A stretch of DNA of 37,180 bases. It comes from a virus. This document shows positions 1 through 8,271 of this stretch, one piece after another. The notes below the pieces were generated by a model. The model saw only the letters and a program-made list of their open reading frames with translations. It did not search any database and was not told the DNA's origin. Within the stretch, counting starts at the first letter, position 1. Every line of letters begins with the position of its first letter. The DNA is taken from IMG/VR virus record IMGVR_UViG_3300031920_000103, positions 74,694 to 111,873 of that record, one strand, 5' to 3'. The translations under genes were made by a program, and so were the position numbers.

Positions 1-417
1 GATATGCGAAAGTTGATCGTCGTAACCGTTCTCGGCTGCGATAGTTCGGATCATGTCAGAGCGTGTTTGGTTTACGAACGTGCGATCACGCGGGATCGTG
101 TCCATGGCGAACGCCTTGTTTGTGCCCTCAACCTTTAGCTGCGTGGAACCCTTAACGCTCTTGATAACCATCGTTCGCGCCGGCGACATATTGCCGACGT
201 AGCCCCACGAAATTTCCAGCGTATTGCCTTTCGCCCAAACCTCGTGATCGAAATTCGCTAAATCCCAGTTGTCGACAACGAGAGAAAACTTGTCAGCCTT
301 GCGCTCGTTGTCCTCAAAGGTAAACGACAACACGCGCCCGCTAACGTCGATGCGCGTCTTTACGTTTCGGCCTTTAATTAGCCGAACGTAAAAAACCATT
401 TCGGTTCTGTTGCTCAC
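1..417 (-). CDS. Baseplate hub / phage late control D (GpD/Afp8-like) protein, N-terminal part, runs off the window
   Basis: Not in the ORF track; translated by hand from a GTG at 417 that overlaps the upstream TGA: MSNRTEMVFYVRLIKGRNVKTRIDVSGRVLSFTFEDNERKADKFSLVVDNWDLANFDHEVWAKGNTLEISWGYVGNMSPAR. The 'SFTFED..ADKF.L.VDN' and 'ISWGY' motifs and the position after the LysM-like gene fit GpD. Confidence 0.8.
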   Translation of the reverse strand, partial: MSNRTEMVFYVRLIKGRNVKTRIDVSGRVLSFTFEDNERKADKFSLVVDNWDLANFDHEVWAKGNTLEISWGYVGNMSPARTMVIKSVKGSTQLKVEGTNKAFAMDTIPRDRTFVNQTRSDMIRTIAAENGYDDQLSHI

Positions 418-758
418 CTAACGCGAGACTCCGCGCGACGGTCGGTAGCAAACACCTCTTCCGTAACCGTTCGCAGTGAGGGGATAAAGATAGTACGACC
501 GAGCGCAAGCGATAGCGTTGGGTCGATAATTGGGTCGGGTTGGAAGTCCGCGAGCACCCACCAAAGCCCCGCCGGCCGGGGTGCGCCGGCGTAGAATTTC
601 GCCGCAAGTGTGAAAAGCGTATCGCTCGTTTTAACCGTGTGCAAAATCGTGTCGGGATATTGCGCGTACCTAAAAGGCTCGCGATCGGTGAGTTGGAAAA
701 CGTCGTCTTTGTCGAGCCCGGAAGTAAACGAGTACCGCGATAGTCTGTGCACTGCCAT
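414..758 (-). CDS. LysM-like / tail X-like baseplate protein
   Basis: HTVKTSDTLFTLAAKFY...LWWVLADFQ..IIDP...GRTIFIPS is the LysM-like baseplate pattern; lies between the tube-initiator and GpD genes. Confidence 0.8.
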   Translation of the reverse strand: MAVHRLSRYSFTSGLDKDDVFQLTDREPFRYAQYPDTILHTVKTSDTLFTLAAKFYAGAPRPAGLWWVLADFQPDPIIDPTLSLALGRTIFIPSLRTVTEEVFATDRRAESRVR

Positions 759-760
759 GG

Positions 761-1369
761 CTACTCGTCCTCGAATACGATTTGGCTAGGGTCGGTTGGT
801 GCGAGGCCGGAACGCTCAAGCCCCTGCATGATCACGTCGTCGGATAGTAGCCGCGCGTCGCGCGTTTCTTCCATAGCGAGCGACAAGGTAAACCCGATCG
901 GTGTGCCGTCCGAGGCAAACTTTGTAAACGTCTCAGTTACGGACGTGATCAACGTAGTGAGCGAAATGAAAGTTGGCCACACGAAAAGAACGCGAGGCGG
1001 GCCACCGTCGACGATCGAGTTGACACCGCGCGGATAGCAAAGCGACTCGATAAAACGGCGTGTCGCTAGATTCTGCAAAATTTGATCTCGGTTGTCTGCG
1101 TCGAAAAACAACTCCATCTCGAAAGCAGAGTTTCCGGTCGAGACGTACTGCATGATTTTGTGTGATAGACCCGGCACGGTTTGCTTTGCGTACTCGACCT
1201 CTAACGTGCGCGAGAACTCGGTAGGGTTGAATTGCACAACGCGCTCGATACCCGTTGCGAGATTTACCAAGTACATTTTGGCTACGGGCACGCCGCCGAA
1301 TGGGATCGCTAGGCTACCGTCAGCGAAAGTTCTGACGCCGCCCGGTGGGGCTATGTCTCTTTGCGCCAT
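761..1369 (-). CDS. Tail tube initiator, CIS_tube/gpU-like
   Basis: QFNPTEFSR...VPGLS...QYVSTG...ELFFDA...PPRVLFVW...FASDGTP motifs; directly follows the tape measure gene. Confidence 0.8.
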   Translation of the reverse strand: MAQRDIAPPGGVRTFADGSLAIPFGGVPVAKMYLVNLATGIERVVQFNPTEFSRTLEVEYAKQTVPGLSHKIMQYVSTGNSAFEMELFFDADNRDQILQNLATRRFIESLCYPRGVNSIVDGGPPRVLFVWPTFISLTTLITSVTETFTKFASDGTPIGFTLSLAMEETRDARLLSDDVIMQGLERSGLAPTDPSQIVFEDE

Positions 1370-1371
1370 GT

Positions 1372-3483
1372 CTAGGTGTCCTCACCCTTTGCGTTGCCAA
1401 AGCTGCGATTCTTCTCGTCTGCCATAAATTTCTTTGTAGCAGACGCGACGATCTCACCGTCTACATTTGTGTTTAGCGTGAGGTTGATCGGTGTTGCCTT
1501 AGAGCCGCCGGCCATAGCGTTAAACACGTTGTTCTGCGACGGGGCTACTTGTGCGGATATGCCCTCTTGCTGCCTCTGTGCTGATATGGCGTTCTCGATC
1601 ACGCTGCTATTGCTACCGCCAACGATGTCACCCGCGAAGTCGCCAACCGCGCCGATGCCGTCCATAAAGCCGCCGCCGATATCGCTAAAAACGCCGCCAA
1701 CCGCTTCCGCCTTGCTGATCACCCACTCTATTTTTCCGATCAGCCAATCGATAAAATCGCCGATACTACTCATTATTCCCATCACGAAATCGAACACCGG
1801 AGTAAGCGCGCTGACAATACCCTCCCAAACGGTAACGATAAACCCGCCAACCGCGACAAAGCCGTCTCGGATTTTTCCGAGGATCGCAACAACGATATTG
1901 AACGCCGTTATGTATGGCTGTATGAAAATCTTAAATAGGATTTTCCCGATCGTCTTGAACATGCCGACTAGCCACAAAAAACCGTCAGCGATTTTGTCCG
2001 TTACCCACTCGAAAGCGTCGACCATAAACCCGGAGATAGCTTCCCAGTTATCCCAGATTAGGTAAGCGGCACCGATTATCAAACCGATGATCGCGAGCCA
2101 CCAAAACGCGACCATAAAAGACGCGCCGATCGTAGCGCCCGCCGTTGTAGACAGGGCCGCCGCTGACACCATAGCGAGTTTGTAAAGAGCCAGAACGCCC
2201 ATGACAACTTTAATTGTGCCGACGACGATCAGCAATATTGGGGCTAGGATCATAAGCGCGCCAATAACTTTTTGCACCGGGCCTGGTAGCGTCTGAAAAG
2301 CGGTGATAAGCCAGTTTATCCCCGCGATCATTTTTTTGATTACCGGCAACAGTGCCGCCGCGATCGGTTTGCCTAGCGTAACGCCTAGGGTTTGGATCGA
2401 CCCTTTGAGCAAAGTAACCTGGCCTTTGAAACCGGCTTGCTGCTTACCGACGAAATCTTTTGTCGTACCCGCTGCGCCCGACATTTGATCGCGCATCGCC
2501 TTCGCCGCCTCTGCGCCGAAAACCATATTGCCGGCTGCGTCTTTTACGCCGTTAGCTAGCTGACCGCCGATAGCCTGTGCCGCGCCAAGACCCCTGATGC
2601 CGAATAGCTTAGTGAGTAGCGAGGCTTTTTTAGCCTCGTTGCCCATGGTGTCGGTGTGCTTGGTTACGTCGAGCATCACGTCGATCATTGGCCTGAATTT
2701 TCCCGACGCATCCGTAACGTCGACGCCGATCTTTTTGAATGCTTTTGAGTTCTGCGCCATCTTGATAAGCGCGGTCGAGACACCGGTAGCGGCTGACGAA
2801 ACCTCGACGCCGGTGTTTTTGACAAGACCCATTGCGATCAGCATCTCATCCATGTTTTGCCCTGTGACGGACGCACCACGGGCAACGTTACCTAGGGCAA
2901 GTTGCAAGTCGCCTTGCTGCAACGATGTAAGGTTTGAAATCTTGTTTAGCTTGTCGACCGAAAGAGCCGAGTCTTTTAGATCGAGGTTGAAAATCTTGGT
3001 CGCCGCTGACAGAGTGCCGGTCGCTTGCTCTACCGTAATCATGCCGGCTGCGGCAAGACCTAGCGACGGATCCAAAAGTGCGATCGATTGGTTCGCGTCG
3101 AAACCTACTGACGCGAGTTGTTGCAGACCTAGCACAGCCTCGGTAGGCGAGAACTGTGTAGCTAGCCCTGCCTTGGTTGCCGCCGCCTCTAGTAGCTTTA
3201 GCTCTGCGGGTGTGGACCGCGCGACCGCACCAACACGGGCCAAGCCCTGCTCGAAATCCCCAAAGCTACTCGCGAGGTTTAGCGATCCGCGCAACGCCTT
3301 TGCGCCAACGCCGATCATCACCGCACCGGCCGCGATACTCTTGCCGTGTTGCACAGCGTTGCGCTGATTTGCAGCGCTAACGTCGTCGAGTTCTTTTAGG
3401 TTGCCCTGCAACTTTTTCATCACCTTTGAGGCCATATCTTTGGCGGTGAAAAGAAAGCCCAAGCCCATGTTGTTTAGCGCCAT
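1372..3483 (-). CDS. Tail tape measure protein (TP901-type core)
   Basis: 703 aa, Ala/Gly rich; FEQGLARVGAV, TQFSPTEAVLGLQQLASVG and LFGIRG core motifs; hydrophobic W/F-spaced repeats in the C-terminal half. Confidence 0.92.
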   Translation of the reverse strand: MALNNMGLGFLFTAKDMASKVMKKLQGNLKELDDVSAANQRNAVQHGKSIAAGAVMIGVGAKALRGSLNLASSFGDFEQGLARVGAVARSTPAELKLLEAAATKAGLATQFSPTEAVLGLQQLASVGFDANQSIALLDPSLGLAAAGMITVEQATGTLSAATKIFNLDLKDSALSVDKLNKISNLTSLQQGDLQLALGNVARGASVTGQNMDEMLIAMGLVKNTGVEVSSAATGVSTALIKMAQNSKAFKKIGVDVTDASGKFRPMIDVMLDVTKHTDTMGNEAKKASLLTKLFGIRGLGAAQAIGGQLANGVKDAAGNMVFGAEAAKAMRDQMSGAAGTTKDFVGKQQAGFKGQVTLLKGSIQTLGVTLGKPIAAALLPVIKKMIAGINWLITAFQTLPGPVQKVIGALMILAPILLIVVGTIKVVMGVLALYKLAMVSAAALSTTAGATIGASFMVAFWWLAIIGLIIGAAYLIWDNWEAISGFMVDAFEWVTDKIADGFLWLVGMFKTIGKILFKIFIQPYITAFNIVVAILGKIRDGFVAVGGFIVTVWEGIVSALTPVFDFVMGIMSSIGDFIDWLIGKIEWVISKAEAVGGVFSDIGGGFMDGIGAVGDFAGDIVGGSNSSVIENAISAQRQQEGISAQVAPSQNNVFNAMAGGSKATPINLTLNTNVDGEIVASATKKFMADEKNRSFGNAKGEDT

Positions 3484-3678
3484 CTATCTATTCGCCTTCC
3501 TGATAGCTGCCGCCTCTGCGTTGCGTCGAGTCTGTATCCACTCCACCCATTCGATAAACCTTTTGAAATCGAGAGACCAAACATCGGCTAGGGTCAGCGT
3601 TGTTCCGCTGCCCTCGTGTTGATGCCAACAGAGATGTCTTATGCCTTCCCATAGATCGTCAGAACTCATCATGGGCAT
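3484..3678 (-). CDS. Tail assembly chaperone T segment (probably reached by -1 frameshift)
   Basis: Small ORF between chaperone and tape measure, in the -1 frame of the chaperone; that frame is open back to ~3774. Confidence 0.65.
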   Translation of the reverse strand: MPMMSSDDLWEGIRHLCWHQHEGSGTTLTLADVWSLDFKRFIEWVEWIQTRRNAEAAAIRKANR

Positions 3679-3686
3679 AAGCCCGT

Positions 3687-4448
3687 TTAGACTGCCCCCA
3701 AGGAACGTTGCTTCCTCTTCCGACTCGACGACTGAGTAGGGAAGAAGAAGTTTTGGTCGAAAGGGAGCGTCACGTCACTTAGTGCGTAGCACTCGTTACA
3801 CTCGATCTCGATCGTGGTCTCGACGCCGCAATCAACCTCATCGAATTTGCCAATCAAATCGTTCGCTACGCCTAGCGGCATTTCCTCGATATACTTGCGC
3901 ATGTCGTTTTTGTTTACGCCTTGGATCTCCTCGATGCGCATCCGCAGCGAGAGCGACACGAGAGAGTCCCTGTGCTGCGATTTAAGGGCCAGTGCCCGCT
4001 TTTCGTCGGCACCTACGGGCAGATTGAAAAACACCGGTGTACCGTCAAGCAGGGCCGTCTCGTAGCGGTTCGCATTCTTGTACGCCGCCCGCTGCGCATC
4101 GGTCAGGCTACTTACCGGCATGTCGTCTAGGTTGACTTCCCACTCGAAACGGTTGTTGCACCCGCCCGCGCCGCACTGCGCCTTAAACAGATACTCGGCA
4201 CCGAGAGTTGCTTTGCGGATCTGTAGTAACAAATACGTTCGATCACCAACTAGAACTCGATCCCAGTCTAGCGGGGCTGAGTACGGGCCGTGATCTTCCA
4301 CGGTCTCAACCGCTGCGGTCAGTAGCTTGTTGATCATCGCGGGCATTTTCTTTGCCCCCGATGCGTTGGCCAAAATGTCGGCCTCTTTTGTTTTTAGTCC
4401 GCGCACTGTGCAGACCATCCCCGAGGGGCACGTAACTTGTTCACTCAT
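3687..4448 (-). CDS. Tail assembly chaperone (T4 gp26/baseplate hub assembly-like)
   Basis: ATG at 4448 (MSEQVTCPSG) after a purine-rich RBS; GDRTYLLLQIR, CxxxxC and CxxC motifs; between tube and tape measure. Confidence 0.75.
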   Translation of the reverse strand: MSEQVTCPSGMVCTVRGLKTKEADILANASGAKKMPAMINKLLTAAVETVEDHGPYSAPLDWDRVLVGDRTYLLLQIRKATLGAEYLFKAQCGAGGCNNRFEWEVNLDDMPVSSLTDAQRAAYKNANRYETALLDGTPVFFNLPVGADEKRALALKSQHRDSLVSLSLRMRIEEIQGVNKNDMRKYIEEMPLGVANDLIGKFDEVDCGVETTIEIECNECYALSDVTLPFDQNFFFPTQSSSRKRKQRSLGAV

Positions 4449-4473
4449 GGTTGTTTGGTTCTTTCCCGTCTCG

Positions 4474-4514
4474 AAAAAAGAAAGCACCGAGCCCCTAATT
4501 AGGCCGGTGCTTTC
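4474..4514 (-). terminator. Intrinsic terminator after the tail tube gene
   Basis: Minus strand GAAAGCACCGGCC-TAATTAGG-GGCTCGGTGCTTTC followed by TTTTTT. Confidence 0.75.
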
Positions 4515-4581
4515 GGTAATGTAACTGGCTCAGACCTCGCGATCTTTAGGGCGTGGCCGGCGCACCCGTTTGCTCGGTCTA

Positions 4582-5073
4582 CTAAGCTGCGATCGGCTCA
4601 AAGAAATCGTAGGTGAGAGTCACCATCTCGATCACTTTTTCGTCGGAGTCGTTGTCCCATTCGCCGGCGACAAACTTTTGCGGCCAAGCGTTGTAGAGAC
4701 GCCAACGTCGCAACGTTGTGCCGTCGCGGTCTTGTTGGATCACGTCGAGCGTGCGCTTGTACAAAGGATCGGGAAGACCCGCGCCTTGCCCCGCCGGGAC
4801 CGCGCCCGCGCCAAAGCTCGCAGCGTTTGCTACGTCGTTGAACCAAGCGTACATGTCGAGATCTTCGGTAGCGCCGCGCTCAAGCGTTACGTCTGTGAAC
4901 GTCAAGCGGCCGGGGCTCTTGTGCGGGATAAGGGCACCGCCCTCGCTGTATTCGATTTTAGCGGCCTCGACAGAAAGCTCTGACATTTTGTTGAAACCGG
5001 CCGACTGAATGCCGTCGATCTCAACTATGAATTTGAACTTATCGTGAAAGCTGCGGGGTTGTCCTAGGGTCAT
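4582..5073 (-). CDS. Tail tube protein, T4 gp19 / Afp1-5-like
   Basis: [22 protein letters not shown]...[16 protein letters not shown]...W.LYNAWP.K...W......IE...L.Y family pattern; TAAGGA RBS upstream. Confidence 0.92.
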   Translation of the reverse strand: MTLGQPRSFHDKFKFIVEIDGIQSAGFNKMSELSVEAAKIEYSEGGALIPHKSPGRLTFTDVTLERGATEDLDMYAWFNDVANAASFGAGAVPAGQGAGLPDPLYKRTLDVIQQDRDGTTLRRWRLYNAWPQKFVAGEWDNDSDEKVIEMVTLTYDFFEPIAA

Positions 5074-5098
5074 TGATCATTCCTTACGAGGCAAGCTC

Positions 5099-5127
5099 TT
5101 GCCTGCGAAACTTTTTAGGTATATGGT
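5099..5127 (+). promoter_or_regulatory. Putative sigma70-type leaderless promoter of the endonuclease VII gene
   Basis: TTGCCT-17 bp-TATGGT, 5 nt before the ATG at 5133; no Shine-Dalgarno; palindrome AGGCAAG-CT-CTTGCCT (5089-5104) overlaps the -35. Confidence 0.55.
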
Positions 5128-5132
5128 TACGC

Positions 5133-5639
5133 ATGGCATGTCTTTGTGGTTGCGGTGAAACACCTAGTGCGGATACTCGCTCGTTTGTGGCGGGGCATTG
5201 GAACAGACCGTGCAGATCACCGGATGAGTTCGCGGTGTGGAAGCCGGCGCGGGATGCGCTTAGGCTGGAAAATGGCAGAGCGCGCAGTCGTGTGAATGCC
5301 GCGCAGCGTCGCAAGGATTTCCCGGACGACGCTACTGAGCGCCGCAGGATGCAACTGTGGACACGATACCGCATCACGCCAGACGAGTACAAAGCCATGT
5401 TGGCGTCGCAAGGGGGGGTGTGCGCCGTATGCGGGACAGACGATCCGAAGTCGGGTAAAGGCGGATTCGTAGTTGACCACGCGCACGAATCCGGCCCGTA
5501 CAATGGTGGGCGTACTGGTGACATTCGTGGTGCTTTGTGTGGGCGCTGTAACATGGCGTTGGGGCAGTTAGGTCATGATGTCGAGGTACTCAGAGCCGCT
5601 ATCGTGTACTTGAGCAAAGACCCGGCGATTAAACGCTAG
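5133..5639 (+). CDS. Free-standing endonuclease VII-family (His-Me finger) homing endonuclease, antisense to the tail operon
   Basis: N-terminal CLCGCG..F..GH motif; Y.IT..EY..ML.SQGGVCAVC...VDHAH...IRGALCGRCNMALG is the EndoVII signature. Start placed at ATG 5133. Confidence 0.88.
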   Translation: MACLCGCGETPSADTRSFVAGHWNRPCRSPDEFAVWKPARDALRLENGRARSRVNAAQRRKDFPDDATERRRMQLWTRYRITPDEYKAMLASQGGVCAVCGTDDPKSGKGGFVVDHAHESGPYNGGRTGDIRGALCGRCNMALGQLGHDVEVLRAAIVYLSKDPAIKR

Positions 5640-7852
5640 GATGCTAGCTCCTCTTCAAGTGCTCGCGTGTCTTGGCTCACTTTCAAAATCACAAAGTCGG
5701 TTGGCTTGGCAGTCGCGAGACCGATTTTGATAACCATCTGACGGGCGAAGATAACTGACGGCGGGTTTACCGCCTTCGAGGTATCGACAAAGAACGCGGA
5801 CGCTGGATCGTTTGACGCGAAAGCGTTGTTGCGCATCTGGTTAAGCAGGAACAACGTAACCGTGCGGTTGGCAATTGCTCGCGTCGCTTCGGTGTTCGGT
5901 TGGTGCTTTAGAAATTGCAGACCGCGCTTTAGCGATTGCTCAATGAAGATCACGCCGCGCCGCTCTGGGATGCTCGGGAAGTTCCCGCCCTCTTTGAGCG
6001 TCTTGGTTCCATCGAGGTAAATCGGTAGACCCGGCAACGTGGTGATCGGGTTCACCAACTTGGGGTAAAGCAGATCTAGCTTCGCCTCGTCTAGCGCCTC
6101 AAGCGTCTCGAATCCGAGCACGCCAAACAGGCGACCCGTCTCGATACCAGCGGGGGCACGGTAGACGCCGCCCGGAGATGAGCCGTCAGTGCGCGCGTAC
6201 GCACCGGCGATATGCCCGGAGGGCGGTACGACAATGTTTGCGTCGGTCCCGAACACAGCTTTGCTCGGGTTAAGGATCTCAATTCGAGGCCAGTAGATTG
6301 CGCCGAACTCGGATATGTTGACGAGTTGCGCGGTACTCGTCACGTAGGTATCCATCTCGGCAGCGCTCTGATCTTCCGGGGGATCGAGAACCGCAAACAC
6401 TGCTTTGTCGCGTGTGCTTTCGCAGTACGTGATCATAGCGTTGTGCACAGCGGAGGTTGCGCGACCCGGTACCAACAAAAGTGTCAGGTCTTGGATCGTG
6501 TCGAGTGCGCGGATGCCGGTGTCGCCTGCGTCGCTGCCCACAAAATCGGTGTCGTCGAGCGCGGCTAAACCGTCGTTGCCGCCAACCATAAAGCCAGACG
6601 TTGCGACTGCGGGGCGTGGGTCGGTTGCTGTGTTGAGTTGGTCAACAACAGAAACGTAGATCGATGCGCCGTTGATGATTGTCTCAACGTAACGAGTCGC
6701 CGTTGCAACCATGCTCAGGTTCGGGAACTGCTCGACAATCAAACCGTCGTCAACAACGTTTATGTTGAACTCGTCAGCGGAACCGGAGGTCGGAGCCGTG
6801 CGCTGAATCTTGATCGTGTCTGCGTAGCTTCCGTCAGTCTTGCCGCTAAAGATTAGCGTGGGAGCCGCCGCGCCGGTATCGCCCGAGTGCAGCGCGTTGT
6901 CGAAACCAAGCTCGTCGTCAGCGGTAGATATCGCTTCGGCTTGGATCGAGTTTGCGGGGCCGGCTGCACTTGTCGAGTTGATCTGCACTGCGCCGCCAAC
7001 GTCAGTCACCAGAGTGTTGGCAACGTCAGCCTCGACTACCGCTTTGATCTCCGCAACCGTAACCGCAGAGATGTCGGCAACGTCACCGGTGCCGAATACC
7101 GGTGTGATCGATAAGCCGAGTGCTACTAGCGCGGTGCCGCCCGTAAACGATGTTTGCGAGCCGGTGCCCTTCGAGTCGGAGGTTACGCGCACAGCGCCGG
7201 CTGACACGTCAGCATTCGCGCCAACGATTTCGGCGTTGATAACTGCGGCAACTTCGAGAGCCGTAGCCGCGCCGATCGAGACAAACTCTGCGGTGTTGAA
7301 AACGATCGTTTGGACTGCGCCGCCGTCAACCGCGACCGTTAGATCTTGCAGGTCGGCTAGTGCGAAAGGCCCGGCATTAGTGCCGGTGTCGATCGCTGCG
7401 GCTGCGTCGAAAGTAGCAACAAGAGATCCGCCGCCGTCGACTGACATCGATAGCGTATCGGCGGGGCTCATCGCAAACGGCGCAAGAGTTGTTCCTAGTA
7501 GGATGCCAACCGAGGGCGAGCCGGTGGCGGTGTTGAGAGTCACAGCGCCCGGCGCTGATGTCTTCGTGCCTGGTACGGTGATATTCGTGTAGTGGACGGT
7601 ACGCACGATGTACGCTTGTGATCCGCCGTTCTCAAAGAACCCTTGCACTGCGAGGGTTAGATCAGACGCGGAGGTGTACCCGCCGAACACGCGCACGTAT
7701 TCCTCGAAAGAAGTTACGAACGTTGCAACACCAAGCGGGCCTCGCTCTGTGATACCGACGAAACCGGCAACGGCAGTCGGGACGGATGCGATCGTGCGTA
7801 CGCTAGGCTCCTCCTCAACGACGACGACTTTAGAACTTAGTAGTTGAGCCAT
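5636..7852 (-). CDS. Contractile tail sheath protein with a large inserted domain
   Basis: TAVAGFVGITERGP, SFEEYVRVFGG, GFFENGG, FAVLDPP, AIYWP, PPSGHIAGAYARTD, RAPAG, ERR..IFIEQSL and IGLATAKP motifs. Confidence 0.95.
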   Translation of the reverse strand: MAQLLSSKVVVVEEEPSVRTIASVPTAVAGFVGITERGPLGVATFVTSFEEYVRVFGGYTSASDLTLAVQGFFENGGSQAYIVRTVHYTNITVPGTKTSAPGAVTLNTATGSPSVGILLGTTLAPFAMSPADTLSMSVDGGGSLVATFDAAAAIDTGTNAGPFALADLQDLTVAVDGGAVQTIVFNTAEFVSIGAATALEVAAVINAEIVGANADVSAGAVRVTSDSKGTGSQTSFTGGTALVALGLSITPVFGTGDVADISAVTVAEIKAVVEADVANTLVTDVGGAVQINSTSAAGPANSIQAEAISTADDELGFDNALHSGDTGAAAPTLIFSGKTDGSYADTIKIQRTAPTSGSADEFNINVVDDGLIVEQFPNLSMVATATRYVETIINGASIYVSVVDQLNTATDPRPAVATSGFMVGGNDGLAALDDTDFVGSDAGDTGIRALDTIQDLTLLLVPGRATSAVHNAMITYCESTRDKAVFAVLDPPEDQSAAEMDTYVTSTAQLVNISEFGAIYWPRIEILNPSKAVFGTDANIVVPPSGHIAGAYARTDGSSPGGVYRAPAGIETGRLFGVLGFETLEALDEAKLDLLYPKLVNPITTLPGLPIYLDGTKTLKEGGNFPSIPERRGVIFIEQSLKRGLQFLKHQPNTEATRAIANRTVTLFLLNQMRNNAFASNDPASAFFVDTSKAVNPPSVIFARQMVIKIGLATAKPTDFVILKVSQDTRALEEELAS

Positions 7853-7855
7853 TTG

Positions 7856-8203
7856 TTAAGCCTTGCCATTTCGTTTGCCGCTTGCCTTCGGCGTAGTCGT
7901 TGCTTTCGCGTCAACCTTTTCGGCCTCCGCTTTCTGCACAACGATAAGACCCTTGCGAATGGCCTTGCGAATTTCGGGCACCGCTGCGATCTGTGGGGGC
8001 AGACCTGTGCGCTCTTCGCCTGCTAGCAGGGTTAGAGAACCAACGATGTTGCGGCGCACTTCGCGAGGGTACCGGCTACCGTCTTTGTGCTCCTCGACGA
8101 CGATCACGTTGAGTCGCTTAGCGCCCCACTTCTTAGATCGAAAAAAAGGATGGTCGAGATTGAACGTCCTCATCTTCCGGGTTTTGTTAATGAGTGTAAC
8201 CAT
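7856..8203 (-). CDS. Small basic hypothetical protein upstream of the sheath gene
   Basis: AGGAG RBS; operon position; abuts the sheath start. Confidence 0.7.
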   Translation of the reverse strand: MVTLINKTRKMRTFNLDHPFFRSKKWGAKRLNVIVVEEHKDGSRYPREVRRNIVGSLTLLAGEERTGLPPQIAAVPEIRKAIRKGLIVVQKAEAEKVDAKATTTPKASGKRNGKA

Positions 8204-8271
8204 CGGCCTTTTCTCCTACCAAGTTTGGTAGAGGTTGCGCAACTAGCCTACCCCATGGTCCGATCAACACG

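Noticed and set aside
5084-5554. 156-aa minus-strand ORF between sheath and tube
   Set aside because: Shadow of the EndoVII gene; only its final ELAS* codons look meaningful, as the displaced sheath end.
5073-5639. Group I intron interpretation of the two endonuclease insertions
   Set aside because: The upstream genes already end in complete C-termini with stops, and the flanking non-coding DNA is under ~60 bp, too short for a ribozyme core.
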